Origin: Pseudomonadota bacterium
Lineage (GTDB): Bacteria > Myxococcota_A > UBA9160 > SZUA-336
Assembly: GCA_003247575.1 (NCBI GenBank)
Contig: QJZC01000045.1
Location: 8,297-72,296, forward strand
Length of the DNA: 64,000 nucleotides
Reading direction: 5' to 3'
Position numbers and translations under genes: made by a program. How positions within the stretch are numbered: position 1 is the stretch's first letter; every line of letters starts with the position of its first letter. A model generated the notes under the pieces. It saw only the letters and a program-made list of their open reading frames with translations. It was not told where the DNA came from and made no database searches. Of the stretch, positions 1 to 9,130 are shown piece after piece.

Positions 1-396
1 CTGCGCCTCGTCGATCACCAGGATCATGCGACGCCCCGCAGCCTTGCCCTTGAGGAGGAACTCGTTGAGGTCGTCCATGAGCTCGCTGCGATCCTTGCCG
101 GTCGTCGGGAGCCCGAACTCGCGCGTGATCGCCGTGAGCAGCTCCAGCTCGCTGCGGCTCGGGTTGAAAATGAAGGCGATGTCTACGTCGTGACCGACGC
201 GGTCGAGCAGGGTTCGGCACAGGGTCGTCTTGCCTGTGCCCACCTGTCCGACGACGAGAATGAAGCCCTCGCCCTCCTCGATTCCGTAGAGGAGGTGCGC
301 CAGCGCCTCGCGATGGGAGCTCCCGAGGTACAGAAACCTAGGGTCGGGAAGCAACGCGAATGGCTTCTCGTCGAGTCCGTAGAACTCCGTATACAC
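1..396 (-). CDS. ExeA/GspA/MshM-like AAA+ ATPase, N-terminal 132 aa only (3' end lies beyond the window start)
   Basis: Minus-strand translation from GTG at 396 reads VYTEFYGLDEKPFALLPDPRFLYLGSSHREALAHLLYGIEEGEGFILVVGQVGTGKTTLCRTLLDRV...AAGRRMILVIDEAQ. It has Walker A GTGKTT and Walker B LVIDEAQ in the ExeA-type layout. It is absent from the ORF track because it has no stop inside the window. Confidence 0.7.
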   Translation of the reverse strand, partial: MYTEFYGLDEKPFALLPDPRFLYLGSSHREALAHLLYGIEEGEGFILVVGQVGTGKTTLCRTLLDRVGHDVDIAFIFNPSRSELELLTAITREFGLPTTGKDRSELMDDLNEFLLKGKAAGRRMILVIDEAQ

Positions 397-518
397 CGAA
401 CCTTAACCCGTTCTGCCGGTCAGCCGCGGACGCGCTCTTCCCGAGATGGCCCGCAGGCGACGCTGGTAACAAACCCCACGATCAACTCGCGGAATCAGAG
501 TGATACTCTCCGCCCCAG

Positions 519-1376
519 ATGTCCATGCCTTTCTCCGCCAACGCTCGTTCGCAGGTAATTGGAATCGACGCAGGTGCAACGCTCTGCAAGCTCGCGTACA
601 TCCACGGCAAAATGATCGCGACCCACACGATTCCGAGCGGCGACTTCGCACGAATACGAGACTATATCGCCGCTCGCGCTCCAGTGCGCACCGTGGCGGC
701 AGGCGGGGGCGCAGTCGCCCTTGCCGCCGACCTGCCGGAGCTCGAGATCGACGTCGCGCGCGAGTTCGAGGCCTGGGCGCTGGGCGCGCCCGTGCTGGCT
801 CGTCGCGACGGCATCGATCTGCCAGAACGCTATCTGCTCGTCAGCCTGGGGACCGGTACATCGATTCTGCGTATCGAGCAGGGACGCTCCGCACCGATTC
901 GCGTGGGCGGATGCGCACTGGGCGGGGGGACCCTACTCGGACTGGGTGAGCTGCTGCTCGGAACGAAGAGCTTCCAGGAGCTCGTCGCCTGCTCGCTGCG
1001 CGGCGATCGTTCCCGAGTGGACCTGCTCGTCGGCGACATCTACGGCGGCGCCGACACACCCCTGCCGCGAGAGCTCAACGCCTCGAGCTTTGCCAAGCTG
1101 TCGTCGCGCGAGCCGCACGACCTGGCGCATGCACTGATGGGAATGATCGGCGAGAACGTCGCTCTGCTCTGCGGACAGCTGATCCGAGCGCAGAACCTGG
1201 CAGGCGCCCTCTACTGCGGGTCGACCTTGACCGACAATCCCGTGCTACGGCAGGTGCTCCAAGCGGTCGCCGAGCTGCAGGGTCAGCGCGCCTGGTTCCT
1301 CGAACTGGGCGCGTTCTGTGGTGCCGTCGGAGCGGCCGTCATGGCCGCGGATCGCTGCGACGAGCGAGGCGAGTAA
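519..1376 (+). CDS. coaW: Type II pantothenate kinase (fumble/CoaW family)
   Basis: ATG at 519. Motifs are VIGIDAGATLCKLAY (ASKHA phosphate-1), SLGTGTSILRI, VGGCALGGGTLLGLGELLLG and DLLVGDIYGG, the characteristic type II PanK pattern. Confidence 0.8.
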   Translation: MSMPFSANARSQVIGIDAGATLCKLAYIHGKMIATHTIPSGDFARIRDYIAARAPVRTVAAGGGAVALAADLPELEIDVAREFEAWALGAPVLARRDGIDLPERYLLVSLGTGTSILRIEQGRSAPIRVGGCALGGGTLLGLGELLLGTKSFQELVACSLRGDRSRVDLLVGDIYGGADTPLPRELNASSFAKLSSREPHDLAHALMGMIGENVALLCGQLIRAQNLAGALYCGSTLTDNPVLRQVLQAVAELQGQRAWFLELGAFCGAVGAAVMAADRCDERGE

Positions 1377-2343
1377 GACCGTCGCGCAGCAGTCGAACCT
1401 CCTCCTGCAGCCGGAGGACGCGCTCCTCGAGCTGGATTCGAGCACTAACCTCCTCATCGTAGCGCCGCGCCAACACGCTCGAGTAATCCCGCGTCCGGGA
1501 TGTTGCGAGCGGCTCGGCTTCTGGCTTGGACAGTACCTCGAGAGGATCGGGCGACGTACGCAGCAGTCCCCACGCGTCACAGCAGCGACGCACGCCGGCG
1601 ATCAGAATCAGAAGTAGCAGGCCAGCAACGGGTAGGCCGATCAGCCAGCGCTTCCACGCAGCGCGACGCCCCTGAGCGACGCTCATGCCCGTTCCGGCCG
1701 GCGGCATCACCGCGCGGAGCCCATCCTCGACGACCGCTACTGCGCCTCCCGCCACAGACTCTTCACCGATCGGTGAAGCTACGGGGAAGGTTGCGGGAGC
1801 GGCGCTCCCCGCGCCAGACGGATTGGCATCGACGAGACTGTCGATGGCATCTGGAGAGATGGCTTCGCGCGATGCCGCCGCCGAGAACTCGAAGCCAGGA
1901 TCGGCAAGCGCAACCGTAGGGACGAGGAGCGCACCTGCGGGAGCCGTCGCGCTGAGTCCCTTGCGCTCGGCGAAGTCGACCACCAACCGGGGAGGCGCAT
2001 TCAGCCGAAAGACATGCAGCCTGCGCTCACGTCGCATCGCGCTCAAGCGCACTCCCCCAGGCATCTCCTCGAGCACCAAGGTCCCGATGCGGTCGCTCTC
2101 GGTCTCGAGCTCCTCTCGTCGCGCTCGCGGTGCCGCTTCGAGATCGACGATCAGATCTCGCCACTGCGTCGCAGGACGACGCACGATTTCAGCCGGAGCG
2201 CTCAGCTCCAGGATTACGCGGTCGTAGTCGGCGCCGTAGTCCACCCTGACGCCAATGACGCGCGGCTCATCGCGAGAGACCGTGACCAGGACTCCGCCGA
2301 GCAGCAACAGACCAAGACCGAACCAGGCGAGGCGCCCGTCCAC
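1339..2343 (-). CDS. AMIN-domain bitopic membrane protein with a C-terminal cytoplasmic coiled coil
   Basis: GTG start preceded by GAGAGGGG. It has an N-terminal anchor (WFGLGLLLLGGVLVTV). The AMIN-like pattern is VIGVRVDYGADYDRVILELSAP...HVFRLNAPPRLVVDFAE. An Ala/Pro-rich linker and a second TM (WLIGLPVAGLLLLILIAGV) follow, then a heptad-like tail (IQLEERVLRLQEEVRLLRDGLTRL). Confidence 0.6.
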   Translation of the reverse strand: MDGRLAWFGLGLLLLGGVLVTVSRDEPRVIGVRVDYGADYDRVILELSAPAEIVRRPATQWRDLIVDLEAAPRARREELETESDRIGTLVLEEMPGGVRLSAMRRERRLHVFRLNAPPRLVVDFAERKGLSATAPAGALLVPTVALADPGFEFSAAASREAISPDAIDSLVDANPSGAGSAAPATFPVASPIGEESVAGGAVAVVEDGLRAVMPPAGTGMSVAQGRRAAWKRWLIGLPVAGLLLLILIAGVRRCCDAWGLLRTSPDPLEVLSKPEAEPLATSRTRDYSSVLARRYDEEVSARIQLEERVLRLQEEVRLLRDGLTRLARRSDPRP

Positions 2344-2411
2344 TCGCGGTAACCCCTCTCTTCGAGTCTTCGGGCCAAGACATTACGCCCGATCCTCGAA
2401 ATCGAATGGCC

Positions 2412-2448
2412 GGGGGGGATCTCACGCCTGATCGGCAACTCGGGGGGG
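2412..2448. repeat. Two G7 homopolymer tracts exactly 30 bp apart (2412-2418 and 2442-2448)
   Basis: Read directly: cGGGGGGGat ... ctcGGGGGGGca. They lie 69-105 bp upstream of the GTG start of the 1339-2343 gene, where they read as C7 on the coding strand. Confidence 0.7.
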
Positions 2449-2463
2449 CAGCTATAGCCGCGC

Positions 2464-2506
2464 ACAAAAACGACGGCGCCGAGGCCAGGGCGACCTCGAC
2501 GCCGTT
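2464..2506 (-). terminator. Rho-independent terminator downstream of the 2600-3571 gene
   Basis: The minus strand reads ACGGCGUCGAGG-UCGCCCUGG-CCUCGGCGCCGU followed by CGUUUUUGUG. That is a 12-bp stem with one G-U wobble, a 9-nt loop and a U5 tract, 94 nt after the stop codon. Confidence 0.55.
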
Positions 2507-2599
2507 TGATCCAATGCATCGCTGGGATTCGATCGAAAGCGTCTAGCTTCCGATCTTCGAGTCCGAGAACGTTCGAGTCCAAGAACGAGAACGAAAGCC

Positions 2600-3571
2600 T
2601 CAGCGAGCCGCACTCCGCTGACTCGCCTCTCTCACGCGAATCACCAGCCTACCGTCGCTGTTGTCACTGTAGAGGTTGTCCAGGTCCGTGCGGCGGATGT
2701 CGACCTTGGTCCCCAGCTTGTCGTTGCGTGCGTAAGCAGCAGCAATCGTCTCCACGATCAGCTGCAACACCGTGCCCGACAGACGCCGACCGGAGTCGTC
2801 ACCGGTGAGTGAGCGCAATGGGATCCGTTGAACCGGGGCATCGCCGCGCGGTGCCACGAAGCCACCGTTCACGGGAGAAACGGGTAGTTCTAGATCCTGC
2901 AGGTCGGACAGGGAGGGAGAGTCGCGAACGCCTTCGATCTCGATCGCGCGCACGAGCACCCACACGTCCTCACCCGGGGGAGGATCGACGGTGGTCCTCC
3001 CAGAAGGAGTACGGGAAGCACTCGGCGGCGTCGCGCTCGGCGCGGGCACCGGTGCCGGCGTAGACTCCACGAAGCCCGCTGGCTCCGGCTCCGGCTCCGG
3101 GATGCTCCTGCGCGAGGCACGGGCCTGCCCCAGCGGCACGCGCGTCGCGTCCCCTGGAATTGCCAGCTCGCTGCCGCCGCGGCGACCGATATCTACGACC
3201 AGCCGGTCGCCCTTGCCACGCCCGGCGTCTCCGGGCAGCCGGAAGACCCGCACGTTGCGACCGCCACGATCCACCACGAGGCGACTACCACCCGTATCTG
3301 TGTCCTCGAAGTAGACGCGCATCCGATTGAGCTTGTCCTCGGTCGCGAGCTGCAGGGTCGGGCGCGTCGCAGACATCTCGAGCGAAAACTCGTCGGTGCT
3401 GAGGTTCTGCTCGGCCGTCACCGGATCGATACCCAGGTCGAGCACGATCCGATCGAAATCGGGCTGCTTCGACATACGCACATTGTCCACACGACCCTGC
3501 GCGTACGCGATGGAGCTTGCCCACAGCGCAAGGACTGACACGCCAGTTATCATTCGTGCGAGATGTTTCAT
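2600..3571 (-). CDS. Secreted AMIN-domain protein with a POTRA-like C-terminal module and no beta-barrel
   Basis: The ATG at 3571 gives the signal peptide MKHLARMITGVSVLALWASSIAYAQG; the ORF track starts 12 codons earlier. The AMIN pattern is VDNVRMSKQPDFDRIVLDLG...VRVFRLPGDAGRGKGDRLVVDIG, followed by a Pro-rich linker (PEPEPEP..PAPVPAPS). The C-terminus (WVLVRAIEIEGVRDSPSLSDLQDLEL...LQLIVETIAAAYARNDKLGTKVDIRRTDL..DGRLVIRVREA) resembles ShlB/FhaC-type POTRA. Confidence 0.6.
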   Translation of the reverse strand: MKHLARMITGVSVLALWASSIAYAQGRVDNVRMSKQPDFDRIVLDLGIDPVTAEQNLSTDEFSLEMSATRPTLQLATEDKLNRMRVYFEDTDTGGSRLVVDRGGRNVRVFRLPGDAGRGKGDRLVVDIGRRGGSELAIPGDATRVPLGQARASRRSIPEPEPEPAGFVESTPAPVPAPSATPPSASRTPSGRTTVDPPPGEDVWVLVRAIEIEGVRDSPSLSDLQDLELPVSPVNGGFVAPRGDAPVQRIPLRSLTGDDSGRRLSGTVLQLIVETIAAAYARNDKLGTKVDIRRTDLDNLYSDNSDGRLVIRVREASQRSAAR

Positions 3572-3859
3572 CCGCTTTGAATCCTCCGCGTCCCCTAGGG
3601 AGCTCATTCTGCACTACAGCATAGGCGGAAAACCACCAGAAAACGCTGGTATGGGCGACTCGCAGGCATTAGACGCCTGTGCAGGCCGAAGGTTCGACGC
3701 GACTCCAAGGCAGCCGGCGCCCACCGGGAATCTAGCTGCATCGAGCCCGCGGTTGAAGGTTTTTTTCCACGAAGGCTTCGGCACCCACTCAAATTCCGCC
3801 CACCTGGGGGTAGTACCAGCTTCGCGCCATCCAGCCAGGATTGCAACGGATCGGGTGCG

Positions 3860-4987
3860 ATGGACGTAGACACCCTCGTGATCGGCGGAGGGGTGGTCGG
3901 GCTCGCATGCGCTGCCGAACTCGCCACACGGTACCGGGTGTTGCTGCTCGAGCGCCACGGAGAAGCCGGCCGGGAGACCTCTTCCCGCAACAGTGAGGTA
4001 ATCCACGCCGGCCTGTACTACCCCGCCGGATCGCTCAAGGCGGAGCTGTGCGTCGCGGGACGGGAGCTCCTGTACGAGCGCTGCACGCGACTCTCGCTGC
4101 CACATCGGCAAATCGGCAAGCTGGTGGTCGCGACGTCCGACCTCGAGCTCGCAACCCTCGAGCAGATCGAGCAACGGGCGCAGACCAACGGCGCGGAGCT
4201 CGGAGGCTGGCTCGATCCAGCGCAGCTCCGCAGGCTCGAGCCGCGGGTGCGGGCCATCGCAGCTCTCTGGTCTCCGAAGACGGGCATCGTCGACGCGCAC
4301 TCGCTGATGAGCAGCTACCAGGCCGAGCTCGCGGCCAAGGGCGGCGAATGCGTGTTTCATACCGAGGTGCTCGGGCTGGAGGCCATTTCTGGCGGTGCCT
4401 GGCGCGTTGCAACCCGCCTGCGAGGGCAGTCCGAGAGCTTCCCGCTGGACGCGCGCACGGTGATCAATGCCGCCGGCCTCGGCGCTCCCCGCGTGGCAGA
4501 GCTCGCCGGCATCGATGTCGCCGCCCACGGGCTCCGTCAATTTCCGTGTAAGGGAGATTACTTCGCGTTGGCGCCCAGGCTCGGGGCGATCACTCGGCAC
4601 CTCGTCTACCCTGTGCCCGTCGCCGGCGGCCTGGGAGTACACATCACCGTCGATCTGGGCGGACGCTTCCGGCTGGGTCCGGACGTCGAGTACGTAGACG
4701 ACGCCGCGGAGCTCGCCGTAGACCCGGCGAAGGCCAAGGACTTCGCCGAGGCCGCGCGCCGCTACCTACCAGAGATCGAGAGTCGGGATCTGTCCCCCGA
4801 TTTCGCCGGAATCCGCCCGAAGCTCCAAAGCCCTGGGGGCCCGTTCCGAGACTTCTGTATCCAGGAGACCAGCGCGATCGGGGCGCCCGGCCTGATTCAC
4901 CTGGGCGGTATCGAATCCCCCGGGCTGACGTCGGCGCCAGCGATCGCACGTCGCGTCAAACGGATCATCGACGATCTGCTCCAGTGA
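3860..4987 (+). CDS. FAD-dependent oxidoreductase, L-2-hydroxyglutarate oxidase (LhgO/YgaF)-like
   Basis: It has the dinucleotide-binding motif DTLVIGGGVVGLACAAEL..LLLERH, then SSRNSEVIHAGLYYPAGSLKA, typical of the LhgO/DAO family. Confidence 0.75.
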   Translation: MDVDTLVIGGGVVGLACAAELATRYRVLLLERHGEAGRETSSRNSEVIHAGLYYPAGSLKAELCVAGRELLYERCTRLSLPHRQIGKLVVATSDLELATLEQIEQRAQTNGAELGGWLDPAQLRRLEPRVRAIAALWSPKTGIVDAHSLMSSYQAELAAKGGECVFHTEVLGLEAISGGAWRVATRLRGQSESFPLDARTVINAAGLGAPRVAELAGIDVAAHGLRQFPCKGDYFALAPRLGAITRHLVYPVPVAGGLGVHITVDLGGRFRLGPDVEYVDDAAELAVDPAKAKDFAEAARRYLPEIESRDLSPDFAGIRPKLQSPGGPFRDFCIQETSAIGAPGLIHLGGIESPGLTSAPAIARRVKRIIDDLLQ

Positions 4988-5036
4988 GCGGTGTTGGTGT
5001 TGCAAGTTGGCGGGATTCGCTTAGAATCCGGCCCGC

Positions 5037-5354
5037 ATGTACGCCGTGGTTCGCACAGGAAGCAAGCAGATCCGGGTCACCCCGGGCGATGTGGTATCGG
5101 TCGAGCGCTTGGAGGGATCTCCGGGAGACTCGGTCGAGTTGCGTGAGGTTCTCCTCCTCGGAGGCAGCGAGGGATCTGGGATCCGGGTCGGCACACCGCT
5201 GATCGAGGGCGCGTTCGTACGCGCGACGGTTCGCGGCGAATCCGCTGGCCCCAAGGTCAAGATCTTCAAATTTCGGCGCCGTAAGCGCTATCGGCTGCGC
5301 AAGGGCCATCGGCAGAAGTACACCCAAATCCACATCGATTCGATCGAGGTCTGA
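5037..5354 (+). CDS. rplU: 50S ribosomal protein L21
   Basis: MYAVVRTGSKQIRVTPGDVVSVERL... is a canonical L21 N-terminus, followed 3 nt later by rpmA. Confidence 0.97.
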   Translation: MYAVVRTGSKQIRVTPGDVVSVERLEGSPGDSVELREVLLLGGSEGSGIRVGTPLIEGAFVRATVRGESAGPKVKIFKFRRRKRYRLRKGHRQKYTQIHIDSIEV

Positions 5355-5357
5355 GAG

Positions 5358-5603
5358 ATGTCGCACAAGAAGGGTCAGGGCAGCACGCGCAATGGACGGG
5401 ACAGCAACGGCCAGCGCCGCGGGACGAAGATCTACGGCGGCCAGACGGTCGAGCCAGGCATGATTCTCGTCCGTCAGCTGGGCACGCGTATCCACCCGAG
5501 CCGAGGCGTGGGCCTCGGGCGCGACTACACGCTCTTCGCTCTTCGAGCGGGCACGGTGCGATACTTCCGCTCGGGCTCGCGCTCGCTCGTAGCCGTCGAA
5601 TAG
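5358..5603 (+). CDS. rpmA: 50S ribosomal protein L27
   Basis: [29 protein letters not shown] is a canonical L27 N-terminus. Confidence 0.97.
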   Translation: MSHKKGQGSTRNGRDSNGQRRGTKIYGGQTVEPGMILVRQLGTRIHPSRGVGLGRDYTLFALRAGTVRYFRSGSRSLVAVE

Positions 5604-5676
5604 CTCCGGGGAAGTTGCTCCGCACTCCGGATCCAGTGCTCGACAATCTCGGGGTGCGCTGAGCACACCGATCCAG

Positions 5677-6750
5677 ATGTCGGATCCGGATTTCATCGAC
5701 GAATGTACGATCTACGTTTGTGCCGGTGATGGCGGCCGGGGATGCGTATCGTTTCGTCGCGAGAAGTACGTCCCACGTGGAGGCCCCAACGGCGGCAACG
5801 GGGGACGCGGCGGCTCGATCGTCTTCGTGGGCGACTCCGGAATGAGCACGCTCTTCGATGCGAGGCATCGCAAGCACTACAAGGCACAGCGAGGAGCGCA
5901 CGGCCAGGGGGCACGCAAGAACGGGCGCTCTGGGCGCGACATCCTGGTGCATCTGCCGTTGGGCACCGTCGTGCGGGAAGCTTCCAGCGGCCTCATCTTG
6001 CACGAGCTCCTGAGCGCCGGTGAGAACTGGATCGCGGCCCAGGGCGGCGCCGGGGGTCGCGGCAATGCTTGTTTCGCGACCTCTACCCGACAAGCGCCCG
6101 GGTACGCCGAGCCGGGAATCTCCGGTGAGGAGCGCTGGCTGCGTCTCGAACTCAAGGTTCTGGCCGACGTCGGCCTGCTCGGGTTCCCGAACGCAGGCAA
6201 GTCCACCCTGATCTCTCGAGTCTCCGCCGCACGCCCCCGCATTGCGGCGTACCCGTTCACGACTCTGCGGCCCCACCTCGGAATGGTCGAAGTGGGCGAG
6301 GCGCGATTCGTGCTCGCGGATATCCCGGGACTGATTCCCGGGGCCCATCTGGGCGTGGGCCTGGGCCATCGCTTCCTGCGTCACGTCGAGCGCACAAAGC
6401 TACTGGTCCACCTGCTCGACCCGGAGCCAGCGCTACGGCGAGAGCAGGACCGCAGCCTTTCCAGCGACTATCGCCGAATCCGGGAGGAGCTGCGCGCCTA
6501 CTCGCCCGAGCTCGACGAGCGCCCGGAGCTCGTATGCATCGCGAAGGCCGACCTGGTTCCAGATCCGGAACAGCGCCGGCTGCTCTGCGAGGAGAACGGC
6601 CTATCGGGTCGCTGGATCTCTGCAGCGACCGGGGAAGGCATCCAGGAACTGGTGCGCGAGCTCGGCCAGCGCCTGGCAAAGCATCGAGCGCAGGAGACCG
6701 CTGCGTCCGAGCGCGAGGCCGCACCGAATGAGTCAACACCCAACCCATGA
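5677..6750 (+). CDS. obg: GTPase Obg/CgtA
   Basis: The Obg fold is Gly-rich (FIDECTIYVCAGDGGRGCVSFRREKYVPRGGPNGGNGGRGGSIVF). G1 is GFPNAGKST and G3 is DIPGLI. It sits in the conserved rplU-rpmA-obg order. Confidence 0.97.
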   Translation: MSDPDFIDECTIYVCAGDGGRGCVSFRREKYVPRGGPNGGNGGRGGSIVFVGDSGMSTLFDARHRKHYKAQRGAHGQGARKNGRSGRDILVHLPLGTVVREASSGLILHELLSAGENWIAAQGGAGGRGNACFATSTRQAPGYAEPGISGEERWLRLELKVLADVGLLGFPNAGKSTLISRVSAARPRIAAYPFTTLRPHLGMVEVGEARFVLADIPGLIPGAHLGVGLGHRFLRHVERTKLLVHLLDPEPALRREQDRSLSSDYRRIREELRAYSPELDERPELVCIAKADLVPDPEQRRLLCEENGLSGRWISAATGEGIQELVRELGQRLAKHRAQETAASEREAAPNESTPNP

Positions 6751-7883
6751 CGCGCAGCGCGCTTTGCCGCAGCCGACGCATCGTGATCAAGGTCGGCACC
6801 TCGCTCCTCGCTCCGCCCGAACGACCCATTCAGGCACGACGCTTCTCTGCGCTCGCGCGCGAGATCGCCGCCCTGCGCGAGGCCCAGCTGGAACCCATCC
6901 TGGTATCCTCTGGCGCGGTCGGGCTGGGGTTGCGCCGGCTGGGTCGATCGCAGCGACCGCGCACAATCCCAGAGAAACAGGCGGCCGCGGCAGTCGGCCA
7001 GATCGATCTGTGCCAGCGCTTCCAGAAGGCCCTCGGGCGATTCGACCTGAAGGTGGGCCAGATTCTGCTCACCCATATCGGCCTCGCACAGCGAGAGCGC
7101 TTCCTGAACGCGCGTCACACGATCCAGCAGCTCGTACGGGCGGGAGTAGTCCCGATCATCAACGAGAACGACTCCGTCGCCACCGAAGAGCTGCGCTTCG
7201 GCGACAACGATCATCTCTCCGCGCTGGTCACCAATCTGGCGGGAGCGGACCTGCTGATCCTACTGACCGACATCGACGGCCTGTATGACCGACACCCGAA
7301 GCAGCCAGGAGCGCGTCCGATCCGCGAGCTGAGCTCCGTGACGCCCGAGCTGATCCGACAGGTCAGCGATTCTACGTCACTGGTCGGTACCGGCGGAATG
7401 AGGAGCAAGCTGGCAGCCGCTCGCACTGCAGCACACTTCGGCGCTACGACCGTCATAGCCAATGGCCGCCAGAAGGACGTCATCAGCCGAATCCTGGCAG
7501 GGGAACCTCTGGGCACGTGCGTGCAGCCGCAGCCCACGTCCGGACAGATCTCTGCTCGCAAGCACTGGATCGCCTACTCGCTGAAGCCGCGCGGAACTCT
7601 CCACCTCGACGCCGGCGCAGCCCGCGCTCTCGTCGAACGCGGCCGCAGCCTGCTTCCGATCGGGATCGTTTCGTTGGAGGGCCAGTTCGGCGTCGGCGAT
7701 CTCGTGCGCTGCTGTAGTCCCCAAAACATTGAAATTGCTCGCGGATTGATCTCCTACACCGCTGCGGAGGTGGAGCGCATCAAGGGACAGAAGAGCCCAC
7801 GCATCGCCACGCTCCTGGGCTACACGAACGGCCCGGAGATCATCCATCGCGACGATTTGGTCCTGCTGCGAGACGAGGGCTAG
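6747..7883 (+). CDS. proB: Glutamate 5-kinase with a C-terminal PUA domain
   Basis: RIVIKVGTSLLA, ILVSSGAVGLG and INENDSVATEE are all present. Its start overlaps the obg stop as ATGA. Confidence 0.95.
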   Translation: MTRSALCRSRRIVIKVGTSLLAPPERPIQARRFSALAREIAALREAQLEPILVSSGAVGLGLRRLGRSQRPRTIPEKQAAAAVGQIDLCQRFQKALGRFDLKVGQILLTHIGLAQRERFLNARHTIQQLVRAGVVPIINENDSVATEELRFGDNDHLSALVTNLAGADLLILLTDIDGLYDRHPKQPGARPIRELSSVTPELIRQVSDSTSLVGTGGMRSKLAAARTAAHFGATTVIANGRQKDVISRILAGEPLGTCVQPQPTSGQISARKHWIAYSLKPRGTLHLDAGAARALVERGRSLLPIGIVSLEGQFGVGDLVRCCSPQNIEIARGLISYTAAEVERIKGQKSPRIATLLGYTNGPEIIHRDDLVLLRDEG

Positions 7884-8117
7884 AGCAACCTCGAAAAACC
7901 TCCAGCAGAGACTTGCGCTCCCGCGCCGTCTGCTACCATCGCGGAGTGAGGAACACGCCCATCTACCGGGATCCAGGGCAGCGATGCGACCGCACAAGGA
8001 GCGACCGCCCAAGAATCGGCCGCCCGACCGAGTCACGCGCGCGGCGTGATGTCTCACTGAGCCGCAACTCCGAACTTCTCGGAGGAACGCCCTAGGTGCG
8101 GATCAGGTGACGGACGA

Positions 8118-8771
8118 GTGAGCCGACTCGGTCTCGGCCTCCTTGGAGGGACCTTCGACCCCGTCCACCGAGCGCACTTGCAGCTCGGACAAGCAGCGCG
8201 CCGGCAGCTGGCCTTGGAAACGGTATTCCTGATTCCAGCAGCCCGCCCGCCTCTGAAGCTCGACTGCACCACACCGGCAGAAACTCGCCTGCGCATGGTC
8301 GAGCTGGCAACAAGGAACGAGAGCGGCCTCGAAGCCTGCGGAATCGAGCTCGAGCGCAAGGGGACCAGTTACACCGTAGACACACTGCGGAGCTTGCATG
8401 CACTCCATCACCGGCGCGAGCTCTGGTTTCTGATCGGCACCGATGCCCTGCGCGACTTGAACACGTGGCGCGAGCCGGACCAGATCCTGTCGCTGGCGAG
8501 CCTGGGTGTCGTCGAGCGCGGACTCGGCCGGCCCCCGAAAGCGCTAGAGGAGTTCATGCCGCCCCACTTCGCCAATCAGTATCGACCTACGGCGGACGGC
8601 TGGGCACACTCGTCTGGACGCGAGCTGCGAATCATTCCCTTCGAGGGCTCAGCGATCTCGTCGAGTCAGATTCGCGAGTACCTGCGGGCAGGCAAGTCGG
8701 TTGCAGAGTGGTTGCCCGCATCCGTCATCGAGTTCATTCACTCGCACCAGCTGTATCAGGAGGACTCTTGA
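8118..8771 (+). CDS. nadD: Nicotinate-nucleotide adenylyltransferase
   Basis: GTG start. GLLGGTFDPVHRAHL is the (H/T)xGH nucleotidyltransferase motif, and ISSSQIR lies near the C-terminus. Confidence 0.9.
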   Translation: MSRLGLGLLGGTFDPVHRAHLQLGQAARRQLALETVFLIPAARPPLKLDCTTPAETRLRMVELATRNESGLEACGIELERKGTSYTVDTLRSLHALHHRRELWFLIGTDALRDLNTWREPDQILSLASLGVVERGLGRPPKALEEFMPPHFANQYRPTADGWAHSSGRELRIIPFEGSAISSSQIREYLRAGKSVAEWLPASVIEFIHSHQLYQEDS

Positions 8772-9130
8772 CAGCGAAGCAACTTGCTACTGCCATCGCC
8801 AACGAGCTGACCGCAAAGCGCGGCCTGGACATCCGGATCCTGGACCTGCGCGACATGCGGTCCTTCACTGACTACTTCGTGATCGCGAGTGCCTCATCCG
8901 ACCGGCACGCGCAAACGCTCGCCGATGCGGCCACGACAGCCGCGAAGCATCTGGGCGAGCAGCCGCTCGGGATCGAAGGCCAGCAGATCGGCCGCTGGAT
9001 CCTGATCGACCTCGGTGAAGTCGTCGTGCATGTCTTCCAGCGAGAGGCGCGCGAGTTCTACGGGATCGAACGACTCTGGGGGGACGCCGAGAGCCTGGCG
9101 CTACCGATCGCAGCAGGAGAGAGCGCGTGA
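8768..9130 (+). CDS. rsfS: Ribosome silencing factor RsfS (iojap family)
   Basis: The homologous part begins at TTG 8768, which overlaps the nadD stop as TTGA. The sequence is LTAKQLATAIANELTAKRGLDIRILDLRDMRSFTDYFVIASASSDRHAQTLAD...VVHVFQREAREFYGIERLW. The longer track ORF from 8465 runs through nadD in another frame. Confidence 0.85.
   Translation: MTAKQLATAIANELTAKRGLDIRILDLRDMRSFTDYFVIASASSDRHAQTLADAATTAAKHLGEQPLGIEGQQIGRWILIDLGEVVVHVFQREAREFYGIERLWGDAESLALPIAAGESA

Noticed and set aside
3081-3098. Tandem hexamer repeat GGCTCC x3.
   Set aside because: It lies inside the 2600-3571 coding region and simply encodes the EPEPEP part of a Pro-rich interdomain linker.
3614-4642. Long antisense or alternative-frame ORFs of 300-480 aa. 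Examples are 3614-4642(-), 5266-6384(-), 9058-10503(-), 33758-35074(+), 47708-48805(+), 60535-61791(+), 62102-63256(+) and 62457-63650(+).
   Set aside because: Each lies opposite or out of frame to a gene with unambiguous family motifs (lhgO-like, obg, gpmI, prfA, lon, aminotransferase, GNAT/thyX). Their translations are Arg/Pro/Ser/Ala-rich low-complexity strings, typical of shadow ORFs in GC-rich DNA.
7884-8117. 234-nt gap after proB, where proA often follows.
   Set aside because: No ORF or recognisable RNA motif is present. It looks like an ordinary intergenic or promoter region, and the absence of proA here is just an operon rearrangement.
8465-8767. N-terminal 100 aa of the 221-aa track ORF that contains rsfS.
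   Set aside because: This part overlaps nadD in another frame and has shadow-ORF composition. RsfS homology starts at the TTG at 8768, which is coupled to the nadD stop.
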